A DNA stretch of 64,000 nucleotides from an uncultured Muribaculaceae bacterium (GTDB lineage Bacteria > Bacteroidota > Bacteroidia > Bacteroidales > Muribaculaceae): the NCBI GenBank assembly GCA_947090195.1, contig CAMUND010000001.1:12236-76235 (forward strand), written 5' to 3'. Positions 37,307 through 47,177 of the stretch are shown piece by piece. The notes under the pieces are model-generated. The model did no database searches, was not told where the DNA came from, and was given only the letters and a program-made list of their open reading frames with translations. The translations under genes and the position numbers were made by a program. Position 1 is the stretch's first letter. Every line of letters starts with the position of its first letter.

Positions 37307-38878
37307 TTAATCATTTGAAAGTTCTACAATATCCTTCTTGGACTTCTTGTTGATTTGGGTCAGCATGATGCTTACTTCAGCGGCGAGAAGCACGGTGAAG
37401 ATGACCGCAAACATGAAGAAGGTGATAATAACCGACGAAGCGGCTATGTCGCTGATAGCGGCGCGTGTGGGCATGAGGTCCTGGATGACCCAAGGCTGAC
37501 GACCTACTTCGGCGGTTATCCAGCCGCTCTGTGAACAAATCCACACAACAGGTATCGACAGCATTCCTATCCACTGCACCACTTTGTTGTTAAGCCATGC
37601 CTGACGCTTGTAAACACCTATCAGCGCGACAATGAAGAACAACAGCAGATAACCGCCTGCGATAACCATGATGCGGAAGGCATAGAAGGTAAGTGCTACC
37701 GGCGGAATAGCTTCGGTGGGGCTGTCAAGGTAGCCGTAGCCGAAGTATTGATAATTCTCACGTAGCTTTACAAGCGAACTGTCCATCCCGGCTTGGTTCC
37801 CTTCGGCGTAAGCGTTGTCGTAGGCGCGTAGTGCTTCATGGGCTTCTTTTCCCATGGCAATGCGCTCAGTGTAGCCCACAGTCCTGATGGTGTCGCCGTT
37901 TTCGTCCATGCCTATGCCATGCACAAGGTCATATATGCCCGGCACGAAGGCGTGAGGGTCATGGGTCGCAAGAAATGACAGTCCGTAGGGGATGCTTATG
38001 TGGAACAAATAGGGGTCCTCGTTGTTGTCCACCTTTTTGGCGGGGTTGATTATGCCCACAGCCACAAGCTCCTGATTGCGGTTGCCGTGGTAGAGACCTT
38101 CCATCGCGGCAAGTTTCATGGGTTGTTTTGCAGCTACGTTGACTGCCGAGAGGTCGCCTGTGGCAAGTGTGATGATTATGCCGGCGAATCCCACCCATGT
38201 GCCTACCTTGATGGATGACATGGCGAGTTCGACGTTGCGCTTTTTCAGAAGGAACCAGCAGCTGACTCCTACCACAAACACTCCCGCAAGCACCCATGCG
38301 CTTGAAACGGTGTGGGTGAATTTAGCTATCGCAGTGGATGAGAACACCAATGCCCAGAAGTCGTCCATGACATTGCGCATCTGCGCCGGGTCAAATTCCA
38401 TTCCCACCGGCTGCTGCATCCAGGCGTTCGCCACAAGAATCCAGAGGGCGGACAGTGCTGTTCCGATAGCGGTGAGCCATGTGGCGGCAAGGTGAAATCC
38501 GGGGCTGAAACGTTTCCATCCGAAGAACATCACGGCAATGAATGTCGACTCCATGAAGAACGCAAGGATTCCCTCGATGGCAAGCGGCGCGCCGAATATG
38601 TCGCCCACAAACCAGCTGTAGTTGGACCAGTTGGTCCCGAATTCAAATTCAAGAATAATTCCGGTAGCCACTCCTATCGCGAAATTGATTCCGAAAAGAA
38701 GCATCCAGAACTTTGTCATCGCCAGCCATTTTTGGCTCTTGGTTTTGACATACACACTCTCCATGATAGCCACAATGAGAGCAAGCCCTATGGTCAGCGG
38801 CACAAATAGCCAGTGATACATAGCGGTAAGCGCAAATTGCCATCTGGACCAGTCCACAACGGTTACTAAATCATCCAT
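37307..38878 (-). CDS. cydA: Cytochrome bd ubiquinol oxidase subunit I
   Basis: SRWQFALTAMYHWLFVPLT, EFEFGTNWS, LAIEG, ILVANAWMQ, QPMKLAAMEG, GWITAEVGRQPW. Confidence 0.95.
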   Translation of the reverse strand: MDDLVTVVDWSRWQFALTAMYHWLFVPLTIGLALIVAIMESVYVKTKSQKWLAMTKFWMLLFGINFAIGVATGIILEFEFGTNWSNYSWFVGDIFGAPLAIEGILAFFMESTFIAVMFFGWKRFSPGFHLAATWLTAIGTALSALWILVANAWMQQPVGMEFDPAQMRNVMDDFWALVFSSTAIAKFTHTVSSAWVLAGVFVVGVSCWFLLKKRNVELAMSSIKVGTWVGFAGIIITLATGDLSAVNVAAKQPMKLAAMEGLYHGNRNQELVAVGIINPAKKVDNNEDPYLFHISIPYGLSFLATHDPHAFVPGIYDLVHGIGMDENGDTIRTVGYTERIAMGKEAHEALRAYDNAYAEGNQAGMDSSLVKLRENYQYFGYGYLDSPTEAIPPVALTFYAFRIMVIAGGYLLLFFIVALIGVYKRQAWLNNKVVQWIGMLSIPVVWICSQSGWITAEVGRQPWVIQDLMPTRAAISDIAASSVIITFFMFAVIFTVLLAAEVSIMLTQINKKSKKDIVELSND

Positions 38879-38899
38879 GCTTACTGTATTTTTAATTGA

Positions 38900-39115
38900 T
38901 TAACGATTATTTTCAATCAGATGTGTCCTCACGGCTTGTGCCCGTTGTTCATCGTTGTCATAGTCGCGCTGAAGCAAATCAGGGAAAAAGAACAGCTTCA
39001 TGACGAAAAATAAGATGAACAGCTTCACGATGATCAACAACCACAGGTATCTGCCCACTGTCATTGACTTGAATCCATCGGCATAAAACGTATATATGCG
39101 CTTTAATAACTGCAT
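38900..39115 (-). CDS. DUF4492-type small membrane protein
   Basis: IYTFYADGFKSMTVGRYLWLLIIVKLFILFFVMKLFFFP; directly upstream of cydA. Confidence 0.82.
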   Translation of the reverse strand: MQLLKRIYTFYADGFKSMTVGRYLWLLIIVKLFILFFVMKLFFFPDLLQRDYDNDEQRAQAVRTHLIENNR

Positions 39116-39214
39116 AGCCTTGATGATATACTTTGTTAACTTATTTTAAGTTCCCTTTGTTCATCGCAAATATACGTTTTTATTTTTGAAATCATAAGCA
39201 ATTTCTAAAAATAT

Positions 39215-39536
39215 TTAACTTATGTCCTCTTTTGCTGATGCGTACCGGGTGGGGGTGACCCCAAACATCTCTTTAAATGAGTTTGAGAAATGTGAAGGGT
39301 TGGCGAATCCGGTTGCATAAGCCACTTCAGCCACGCTCAGTTTCTTTTCTTTGAGAAGCAGTGCCGCCTGGCGCATCCTGATGCTCTTTATGAAGTCACG
39401 TGCCGAGAGGTCAGTGTTCTCTTTAAGCTTGCGGTGCAGATGGGCGCGGCTCAGTCCCGCTGCCGCAGCGAGTTTTTCCACTCCGAAGTCAGGGGAGGCT
39501 ATGTTTTCGTTTATAACAGCCATAACTTTGTTCATA
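39215..39536 (-). pseudogene. C-terminal AraC HTH fragment, probably of a hybrid two-component system regulator (5' truncated)
   Basis: MNKVMAVINENIASPDFGVEKLA...LSRAHLHRKLK...AEVAYATGFANPSHFSNSFKEMFGVTP; an in-frame TGA lies 2 codons upstream of the Met, inside foreign GH10 sequence. Confidence 0.8.
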
Positions 39537-39971
39537 GGTCATGTGGACGGTATCGGCACTCAGATGCACGTGTCCAAGTCCATCACCAAAGAACAGGTGG
39601 ATGCGATGTTCAAGACTCTTGCCGCTACAGGTAAACTCGTTCGTGTCACTGAGCTTGATGTGGCTCTCGGAACTTCTACTCCGTCAGCCGGAGAATTGCA
39701 GACTCAGAGCGACGTTTATAAGATGATTCTTACTTCATTCTTCGAGAATGTCCCCGAAGCGCAGCAGTCAGGCATTACTATCTGGGGTCTCAGCGACAAA
39801 GCCAACGAACACGAATACTGGCTGAACGGCGATGCTCCTAACTTGTTTGATGCCGACTATGCCCGCAAGACAGCTTATAAGGGAGTGTGCGATGCCATTG
39901 CCGGATTCGATTTGTCCACTGAATTCAGCGGCGACGACTGGAAGGATGTAGCACCCGCTCCGGAAGAGTAA
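39537..39971 (+). pseudogene. C-terminal third of a GH10 xylanase (Xyn10C-like), 5' truncated
   Basis: GHVDGIGTQMHV, VRVTELDV (nucleophile), GITIWGLSD, APNLFDADYARKTAY; no acid/base WDVVNE motif, signal peptide or promoter. Confidence 0.85.
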
Positions 39972-40014
39972 ACGTGGAATAAAGCATTCGTTTGATGCTT
40001 TTAAGCCTTGATTC

Positions 40015-40046
40015 AAGGGGGAGGCTTCATGAGCCTCCCCCTTTTT
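40015..40046 (+). terminator. Rho-independent terminator after the GH10 fragment
   Basis: AAGGGGGAGGCT-TCATG-AGCCTCCCCCTT followed by T tract. Confidence 0.8.
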
Positions 40047-40153
40047 GTATAATGTTACATGAGCAAAGATTTTTGTTACACTACATACGCTATATGACAC
40101 CTTATTAAAGATTCATGTAACAATTGCCTATTGTGGGGTAATGTATAAAAATG

Positions 40154-40161
40154 TAATTTTG
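40154..40161 (+). promoter_or_regulatory. Bacteroidetes -7 box for the xylan enzyme operon
   Basis: TAATTTTG 20 bp upstream of ATG 40181. Confidence 0.6.
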
Positions 40162-40180
40162 TAAAAACCAAATTTTCGCA

Positions 40181-41881
40181 ATGTCCAAAAAGTTTTTTGC
40201 CATATTGGCGTTCATCGCCGTTATTTGCTTTTCTGTTCAAGCTTCCGACATAAAGCTCGTTCCTAAAGGGAACGCTGCTCAATTGTCGGTCGACGGTGCG
40301 CCCATGCTTATTCTCGGCGGGGAGCTTGGCAATAGTTCGGCATCGTGTGCCGCCGATATCGAGAGCATTTTCCCAAAACTGCGTAGGATGAATCTTAACA
40401 CCGTCCTTGTGCCGACTTATTGGGACATGATTGAGCCTGTGGAAGGGCAGATGGATTACTCTCTCACTGAAAAAGTGATAGATGAGGCAGTGAAAAACAA
40501 TCTCAAAGTGGTGTTTCTGTGGTTTGGAGCATGGAAAAATTCCATGAGTTGTTATGCTCCGGAATGGTTTAAGGCTGATTGGAAAAAATATCCCCGTGCC
40601 TGCACCAAGGCTGGGAAACCACTCGAAATTGCGAGTGCTTTTTCGGAGAATGTGTTCAGGGCTGACAGCACGGCGTTTTCACGCTGGCTCACCCATGTTG
40701 ATCAATACGACAAGCACGGCACAGTGCTTATGATACAGATTGAGAACGAAATAGGAATGCTTGAGGATGCTCGTGACTACTCCGCCGCAGCCCGGCGTGA
40801 TTACGATGAAGGAGTGCCGGCGCAACTTATCTCGTTCATCTCAAAAAACAAGAAATCACTCCATCCTTCGTTGCTCAACCGATGGAAAGAGCACGGGATG
40901 AAGAAATCAGGCTCATGGGCTGAGGTGTTTGGCGACGACATCTACACCGATGAGTATTTCATGGCATGGAACTATGCCCGTTATGTGGAGCGGCTTGCAC
41001 GCACTGCACGTGCCATAACCTCACGTCCGCTCTATGTCAATGCCGCCATGAACAGCCGCGGCAGAAAGCCCGGCGAATATCCTTCGGCAGGTCCGCTTGC
41101 CCATCTGAAGGACATATGGCATTCTGCGGCTCCATCAGTCGATTTCCTTTCGCCTGATCTTTACGACAAGGGATTTATCGACTGGATAGAGCAATATTCT
41201 ACTCCTGGCAATGTACTTTTCGTACCCGAAATAAGACGATTCGACGGCAATGCCGCGCAGGCATTTTACGTTATCGGTGAAAAAGATGCTATAGGTTTAA
41301 GCCCGTTCTCGATTGAGAATGGTTCGGACAGTCCTGATGCCGCGTCGGTTAAGGGATATGCTCTTCTCGACAGGATGCAGCCTCTCCTTCTTGCGCATCA
41401 GGGCGACGGCTCGATGAACGGACTTTATTTTGACAATGATTCGATAGAGCGTGTGCTCTATCGTGACGGGATGAAGATTACCGCCAACCACTACTTCACC
41501 TTGCCTTGGGATCCGAGAGCCACCGACGGCTCTGAATGGCCTACGGTGGGGGGAGTGATAATCCGCATTGCTCCCCGCGAATACATTGTAGCCGGGAGCG
41601 GGCTGGTTGTCAAGTTTGAGGACGAGTCGGAGACTGCCGTTGCCCGCAAACTGGGCGAGGACGGATTCCTTGACAGCGGCGATGACCGTAAAGCTTCGGA
41701 GGCGTGGAAAGGCACCGGGCGCATTGGGCTTGCATCAGTGGACGAGGTGGATGTGAATCCTGACGGCTCGTTGAAATTCCTGCGTCGCTTCAATGGCGAT
41801 GAAACCCATCAGGGGCGGCATGTCAGGATAGGTGTCGACGACTTCAAAATTCTACATGTGAAACTCTACGACTATAAATAA
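40181..41881 (+). CDS. GH35-like beta-galactosidase with DUF5597-type C-terminus
   Basis: Signal peptide, ILGGELGNSS, WFGAWKNSMSCYAPEW, IQIENEIG (acid/base), FVPEI (nucleophile). Confidence 0.8.
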   Translation: MSKKFFAILAFIAVICFSVQASDIKLVPKGNAAQLSVDGAPMLILGGELGNSSASCAADIESIFPKLRRMNLNTVLVPTYWDMIEPVEGQMDYSLTEKVIDEAVKNNLKVVFLWFGAWKNSMSCYAPEWFKADWKKYPRACTKAGKPLEIASAFSENVFRADSTAFSRWLTHVDQYDKHGTVLMIQIENEIGMLEDARDYSAAARRDYDEGVPAQLISFISKNKKSLHPSLLNRWKEHGMKKSGSWAEVFGDDIYTDEYFMAWNYARYVERLARTARAITSRPLYVNAAMNSRGRKPGEYPSAGPLAHLKDIWHSAAPSVDFLSPDLYDKGFIDWIEQYSTPGNVLFVPEIRRFDGNAAQAFYVIGEKDAIGLSPFSIENGSDSPDAASVKGYALLDRMQPLLLAHQGDGSMNGLYFDNDSIERVLYRDGMKITANHYFTLPWDPRATDGSEWPTVGGVIIRIAPREYIVAGSGLVVKFEDESETAVARKLGEDGFLDSGDDRKASEAWKGTGRIGLASVDEVDVNPDGSLKFLRRFNGDETHQGRHVRIGVDDFKILHVKLYDYK

Positions 41882-41892
41882 ATGTATCAACA

Positions 41893-43593
41893 ATGAGATA
41901 TCTGAAATTCTTAACCTTAACTACCTTGCTTGCCGGGTCACAGATGGCTCTGGAGGCAAAAGTGACTCTCCCTCACCTTATTTCATCGGGGATGGTGGTG
42001 CAGCGTAATCAGCCCGTGAAGCTGTGGGGCAAAGCTGACCCTTCCGAGGCGGTAAATGTAAAAGTCGCCAAGGGAAAATCGGCAAGCACAGTGGCTGATG
42101 CTGACGGTAATTGGAGCGTTTCGCTTCCTGCGCTTAAAGTCGGCGGTCCCTATACCATCACTATCAATGACATAACTCTTGACAATGTGATGTCGGGCGA
42201 TGTGCTTCTTTGCTCCGGTCAGTCCAATATGGAATTGCCGGTACGTCGTGTCACTGACATGTTTGCCGAGGAAATTGCTTCCTATGACAATCCCAATATC
42301 CGTCATTTCAGAGTTCCGAATGTGTTTGAGTTTCATGGGCCTAAGGACGATGTCGACGGCTCTTGGAAGGAGTTGACTCAGGACAATGTGATGAACTTCA
42401 GCGCGCTCGGCTATTTCATCTCGAAGGCTCTTTATGAGGAAACGGGAGTGCCTGTGGGCATTATCAATTCAAGCTGGGGCGGTACCCCTGTCGAGGCATG
42501 GATTAGCGAGGAGTATCTTGCTCCTTATCCTCGCGCCATCAACGAGAAACGCCTTTATGAGGACGACGGATACCGTGACCGCATCAAGAAACTCGAAGGC
42601 GAGAACTACGCGCGCTGGAACAATGTGCTTTATCTCAGCGATCCGGGACTGCATGGCGCGGTGAAATGGATGGAGCCTGATTTCGACGACTCTTCATGGA
42701 TTGAGGTGGACTTGATAAGCGGAAATAGCGTGACTGACGGAACTGTCACCGGCGATGACCTGCACAATGCCTGGCGCGGTGCACAATGGGCTACTGACGG
42801 GCTTAATCCCGTGAACGGCTCCCACTGGTTCCGTAAAAACATCAATCTCACTACCGAGCAGGCTTCAAAACCGGCTGTGCTTCGCTTGGGATGCATCGTG
42901 GATGCCGACTCGGTATATGTGAACGGTGTATTTGTGGGCACTACAAGCTACCAGTATCCTCCACGTATATATAATGTGCCTGCCGGAGTGCTCAAAGAAG
43001 GTAAAAATAATGTTACTGTAAGGCTCTTTAGCCAGAACGGTCAAGGGCATTTTGTGGCTGAAAAGCCTTATTGCCTTATTTTAGGCGATGAACGCATCGA
43101 CCTTACCGGCAATTGGCGTTACAACCGCGGTGCGGCTATGACCCCCGGCCCCGGGATGGTGTTCTATTGCTATAAACCCACTGTGCTTTATAATGCCATG
43201 ATACATCCGCTGATCAATGTGCCTGTTTCGGGCGTTGTGTGGTACCAAGGGGAGTCCAATGTTTCACGCCGCAATGAATATGCTTCTTTGCTTGAAACCA
43301 TGATGGCTAACTGGCGTGACTCGATGAATAATCCTGAATTGCCGTTCTATATAGTGGAACTTGCTGACTTCCTCCACTCTTCCGACAAGCGGGGACGCGC
43401 GTCATGGGCTGAAATGAGAAAGCAGCAGGCTAAAGCCGCGGAGGACACCCCCAACGCTTATCTGATTCCGAATTCTGACCTCGGGGAATGGAATGATATC
43501 CATCCTCTCAACAAGAAGACTCTCGGCAATCGTGTCGTGAAAGCAGTGATAGCTCATGACCCTACAATCGTGAATAATAAAAAGAAAAAATAA
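41893..43593 (+). CDS. SGNH/SASA-family O-acetylesterase (sialate O-acetylesterase-like, likely xylan deacetylase)
   Basis: LCSGQSNMEL, SSWGGTPVEAW, VWYQGESN, NDIHPLNKKTLG; catalytic domain split by a beta-sandwich insert. Confidence 0.85.
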   Translation: MRYLKFLTLTTLLAGSQMALEAKVTLPHLISSGMVVQRNQPVKLWGKADPSEAVNVKVAKGKSASTVADADGNWSVSLPALKVGGPYTITINDITLDNVMSGDVLLCSGQSNMELPVRRVTDMFAEEIASYDNPNIRHFRVPNVFEFHGPKDDVDGSWKELTQDNVMNFSALGYFISKALYEETGVPVGIINSSWGGTPVEAWISEEYLAPYPRAINEKRLYEDDGYRDRIKKLEGENYARWNNVLYLSDPGLHGAVKWMEPDFDDSSWIEVDLISGNSVTDGTVTGDDLHNAWRGAQWATDGLNPVNGSHWFRKNINLTTEQASKPAVLRLGCIVDADSVYVNGVFVGTTSYQYPPRIYNVPAGVLKEGKNNVTVRLFSQNGQGHFVAEKPYCLILGDERIDLTGNWRYNRGAAMTPGPGMVFYCYKPTVLYNAMIHPLINVPVSGVVWYQGESNVSRRNEYASLLETMMANWRDSMNNPELPFYIVELADFLHSSDKRGRASWAEMRKQQAKAAEDTPNAYLIPNSDLGEWNDIHPLNKKTLGNRVVKAVIAHDPTIVNNKKKK

Positions 43594-43613
43594 ATCATTC
43601 TAATAATACTAAT

Positions 43614-45032
43614 ATGGATGCAATTAGCTCTATGGCGCCTTCAGCTGCGGCTGAAAAAGGCTTTTACAAGCTCAGCTGGATACAACGCTTCGGGTTTGGC
43701 TCGGGTGACCTCGCCCAAAATCTTATCTATCAGACAATCAGCATGTATTTGCTGTTTTTCTACACCAATGTCTATGGTCTTTCACCGGCTGCCGCCGCTG
43801 TGATGTTCCTTATCGTCCGAATTGTCGATGTGATTTGGGATCCCTTGGTGGGAACTTTCGTTGACAAGCATAATCCCACTTTAGGAAAATACCGTGCTTA
43901 TCTGGTATTGGGCGGTATTCCTTTGACCGGATTCGCTCTGCTCTGTTTCTGGAACGGATTTTCCGGTTCTCTGGTGTATGCTTATATTACTTATGTGGGA
44001 CTTTCCATGTGCTACACACTTGTGAATGTGCCTTACGGCGCACTTAATGCTTCGCTCACCCGTGATACTAATGAAATTACCATCCTTACCTCTGTGCGTA
44101 TGTTCATGGCTAATGTGGGTGGTCTTGCCGTAGGTATGGGTATTCCTATCATCTTGCGCCTTTTTGACCCCGGAGAGACTGAGGATATGTCGACCAGCGA
44201 TGCTGCTTGGTTCTCTACCATGGCTATATACGGTCTTATCGGTCTTGCCCTTCTCTTCTTCTGCTTCTCGCAGTGCCGCGAAAGAGTGGTAATGGACCGC
44301 AAGGAGACTGAAAACGTTAAGGTTTCCGACCTTTGGCTGGAATTTGTGCGCAATCGTCCATTGCGTATTCTTGCCTTCTTCTTCATCACCGCTTTCGGAT
44401 TGATGGCTATCAGTAACTCCGCAGGAGCTTATTATATCAACTACAACCTGCATGGCAATGCCGCCGAGTTGTCCATATTCATGGGGTTGGGTTCTATTCC
44501 GGCGTTTATCTTCATGCCGCTTATCCCGGCTATCAAGCGTCAGGTGGGTAAGAAAGGTATGTTCTACATCTTCTTGATGACTGCTATTGTGGGTATGGGG
44601 CTATTGTATGCTATCTCCATGATTGACGCTTTGAAACAGCACATGTGGCTTGTCTACGTGGCTCAGTTTGTGAAGTCTACAGGTATCATCGTTGCTACAG
44701 GCTACATGTGGGCGTTGGTTCCTGAGGTTATCTCTTATGGTGAATACACTCACGGCAAACGTATATCCGGAATTGTGAACGCGCTCACAGGTATCTTCTA
44801 CAAAGCCGGTATGGCTCTCGGTGGTGTAGTTCCGGGACTTGTATTGGCATGGGTAGACTTTGACAGCGAACTTCCTGTGCAGACTCCTCTTGCCGAACAA
44901 GGTATTCTGTGGCTTGTGGCTGTTATTCCTGCCGCCCTTCTCATCGTGGCTATGCTCATCATCTCACGCTATGAACTTGACGATGACCGCATCGATGCTA
45001 TTAATGCCGAGATTGAAGCACGACATAAATAA
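43614..45032 (+). CDS. GPH-family (MFS) sugar:cation symporter, XynT-like
   Basis: FGFGSGDLAQN, RIVDVIWDPLVGTFVD, GKYRAYL, VNVPYGAL; about 12 TM. Confidence 0.9.
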   Translation: MDAISSMAPSAAAEKGFYKLSWIQRFGFGSGDLAQNLIYQTISMYLLFFYTNVYGLSPAAAAVMFLIVRIVDVIWDPLVGTFVDKHNPTLGKYRAYLVLGGIPLTGFALLCFWNGFSGSLVYAYITYVGLSMCYTLVNVPYGALNASLTRDTNEITILTSVRMFMANVGGLAVGMGIPIILRLFDPGETEDMSTSDAAWFSTMAIYGLIGLALLFFCFSQCRERVVMDRKETENVKVSDLWLEFVRNRPLRILAFFFITAFGLMAISNSAGAYYINYNLHGNAAELSIFMGLGSIPAFIFMPLIPAIKRQVGKKGMFYIFLMTAIVGMGLLYAISMIDALKQHMWLVYVAQFVKSTGIIVATGYMWALVPEVISYGEYTHGKRISGIVNALTGIFYKAGMALGGVVPGLVLAWVDFDSELPVQTPLAEQGILWLVAVIPAALLIVAMLIISRYELDDDRIDAINAEIEARHK

Positions 45033-45049
45033 TAAACTAAGTATAGATT

Positions 45050-46174
45050 ATGAAGAAGATATTTTTGGCGGCGATTGCCGTGGCTGCACTTTGTGCATGT
45101 AGTTCAACTCGCAAGGAGGAAGCGCACGAGCTTACTCTAAAGGATATGTTGGGCGATAAATTCCTTATCGGTACTGCTATGAACCTCAATCAGATATTGG
45201 GGATTGACTCAGTGGGAGCCGAAGCTGTGGCTAAACATTTTAATTCAGTGGTTGCTGAGAATGTGATGAAATGCGAGGAAATCCATCCTGAGGAGGACAA
45301 GTACTTCTGGGACGATGCCGACCGTTTTGTTGAGTTTGGCGAGAAGAACGGCATGACCATTATAGGTCACTGCCTGGTTTGGCATTCTCAGTGCGCGCCT
45401 TGGTTCTGTGTCGATGACAAAGGCGAACTTGTGGACAAAGAGACTTTGAAGAATAGGCTCCGTGACCACATCCACACTATTGTTGGGCGTTATAAAGGCC
45501 GTGTGCATGGCTGGGATGTAGTGAACGAGGCTATTGTCGAGGATGGTTCTTACCGTAACAGTCAGTTCTATCAGATTCTCGGTGAAGAGTTCATTCCGCT
45601 TGCTTTCCAGTATGCTCATGAGGCTGACCCTGATGCCGAGTTGTACCTCAATGACTACGGTATGAATGTCGAAGGTCGTAGAAACACTTACCTTAAGATT
45701 ATCAATGACCTCAAGTCCAAGGGACTTAGAATCGATGCTATAGGTATGCAGAGCCATCTCGGAATGGATTATCCTGACTTTGAAGAGTATGAAAAGTCGC
45801 TTGAGGCTTATGCCGCCACCGGATGTAAGGTTATGATTACCGAGCTTGACATGAGCGCGCTTCCCTCTATTAATTTCGGAGCCAACATCGCCGACACTGT
45901 TGCGTTCAAGGCTGCTATGAATCCTTATCCCGAAGGAATACCTGATAGCGTAAGCATTGCATGGAACGACCGCATGGCTAAGTTCATGGATCTCTACATC
46001 CGTCATGCCGATGATATTTCACGCGTGACAGCTTGGGGCGTTTCCGACGGCGACTCCTGGAAAAATGACTGGCCTATGCCGGGACGTACCGACTATCCTC
46101 TGCTGCTCGACCGTAAGTATCAGATTAAGCCGTTCCTGACTAAGTACGACTCTGTTGAAACAAAAAATAGTTAA
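45050..46174 (+). CDS. GH10 endo-1,4-beta-xylanase (lipoprotein)
   Basis: Lipobox LCAC; [37 protein letters not shown]. Confidence 0.95.
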   Translation: MKKIFLAAIAVAALCACSSTRKEEAHELTLKDMLGDKFLIGTAMNLNQILGIDSVGAEAVAKHFNSVVAENVMKCEEIHPEEDKYFWDDADRFVEFGEKNGMTIIGHCLVWHSQCAPWFCVDDKGELVDKETLKNRLRDHIHTIVGRYKGRVHGWDVVNEAIVEDGSYRNSQFYQILGEEFIPLAFQYAHEADPDAELYLNDYGMNVEGRRNTYLKIINDLKSKGLRIDAIGMQSHLGMDYPDFEEYEKSLEAYAATGCKVMITELDMSALPSINFGANIADTVAFKAAMNPYPEGIPDSVSIAWNDRMAKFMDLYIRHADDISRVTAWGVSDGDSWKNDWPMPGRTDYPLLLDRKYQIKPFLTKYDSVETKNS

Positions 46175-46205
46175 CTGAATTACATAACTTTAATATATTG
46201 ATTAT

Positions 46206-47177
46206 ATGAAAACAAAAAAACGTTATCTGTTTCCTGCCGATTATATGGCTGACCCTTCAGTGCATGTGTTTAACGGTAAGATTTATATATATCCGTCTCA
46301 TGACTGGGAATGTGAAAATGTGGAGAACGACAATGGCGACCAATATGTAATGAAGGACATGCACGTCCTTTCCACTGATGACCCCATGAATGGTGAAGTC
46401 ATTGACCATGGCAAGGCGCTTGACATTGCTGATGTTCCTTGGGCTGGTCGTCAGTTGTGGGACTGCGACTGCGCTGAAAAGGACGGAAAGTATTACCTTT
46501 ACTTCCCTTTGAAGGACAAGAACGATATATTCCGCATAGGTGTGGCTATCGCCGACAAGCCCGAAGGTCCGTTTATTCCCCAGCCTGATCCTATCAGAGG
46601 AAGCTACAGCATGGACATCTGCGTATTCCCCGAGGACGGTGAATATTATCTTTACTTCGGTGGACTCTGGGGCGGACAACTTCAGCGTTACCGTGACAAC
46701 AAGGCTCTTGAATGCGCCGAACTTCCCGAAGGTGCTGAACCTTCGCTGCCGAGCCGTGTAGTGCGTCTTACCAAGGACATGCTGCAGTTTGCCGAGGAAC
46801 CGCGTCCCGTTCAGGTTGTGGACGAGGACGGAAATCCGCTTCGTGCCGATGACCCGCACCGCTTCTTTGAAGCAAGCTGGCTGCATAAGTACAACGGTAA
46901 GTATTACTTCTCTTACTCTACAGGCGATTCTCACTTGCTATGCTACGCCATAGGCGACAATCCTTACGGTCCTTTCACTTATAAGGGCGTGATTCTTACC
47001 CCCGTGGTTGGATGGACAACCCACCACAGTATCATCGAATACAAGGGCAAGTGGTATCTCTTCCATCATGACAGCGTGCCTTCCGGCGGCAAGTCATGGC
47101 TCCGCAGCCTTAAGGTGTGTGAGATTACTTATACCCCCGATGGATTGATTGAAACTATTGACGGTATTGACGAATAA
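46206..47177 (+). CDS. GH43_1 beta-xylosidase/arabinofuranosidase (no signal peptide)
   Basis: YMADPSVHVF, IYPSHD, LYFGGLWGGQLQ, FFEASWLHKY, WTTHHSI. Confidence 0.92.
   Translation: MKTKKRYLFPADYMADPSVHVFNGKIYIYPSHDWECENVENDNGDQYVMKDMHVLSTDDPMNGEVIDHGKALDIADVPWAGRQLWDCDCAEKDGKYYLYFPLKDKNDIFRIGVAIADKPEGPFIPQPDPIRGSYSMDICVFPEDGEYYLYFGGLWGGQLQRYRDNKALECAELPEGAEPSLPSRVVRLTKDMLQFAEEPRPVQVVDEDGNPLRADDPHRFFEASWLHKYNGKYYFSYSTGDSHLLCYAIGDNPYGPFTYKGVILTPVVGWTTHHSIIEYKGKWYLFHHDSVPSGGKSWLRSLKVCEITYTPDGLIETIDGIDE

Noticed and set aside
39351-39536. Plus-strand ORF start giving a 206-aa complete protein
   Set aside because: The first ~62 codons are the antisense of the AraC fragment; GH10 similarity begins only at 39537.
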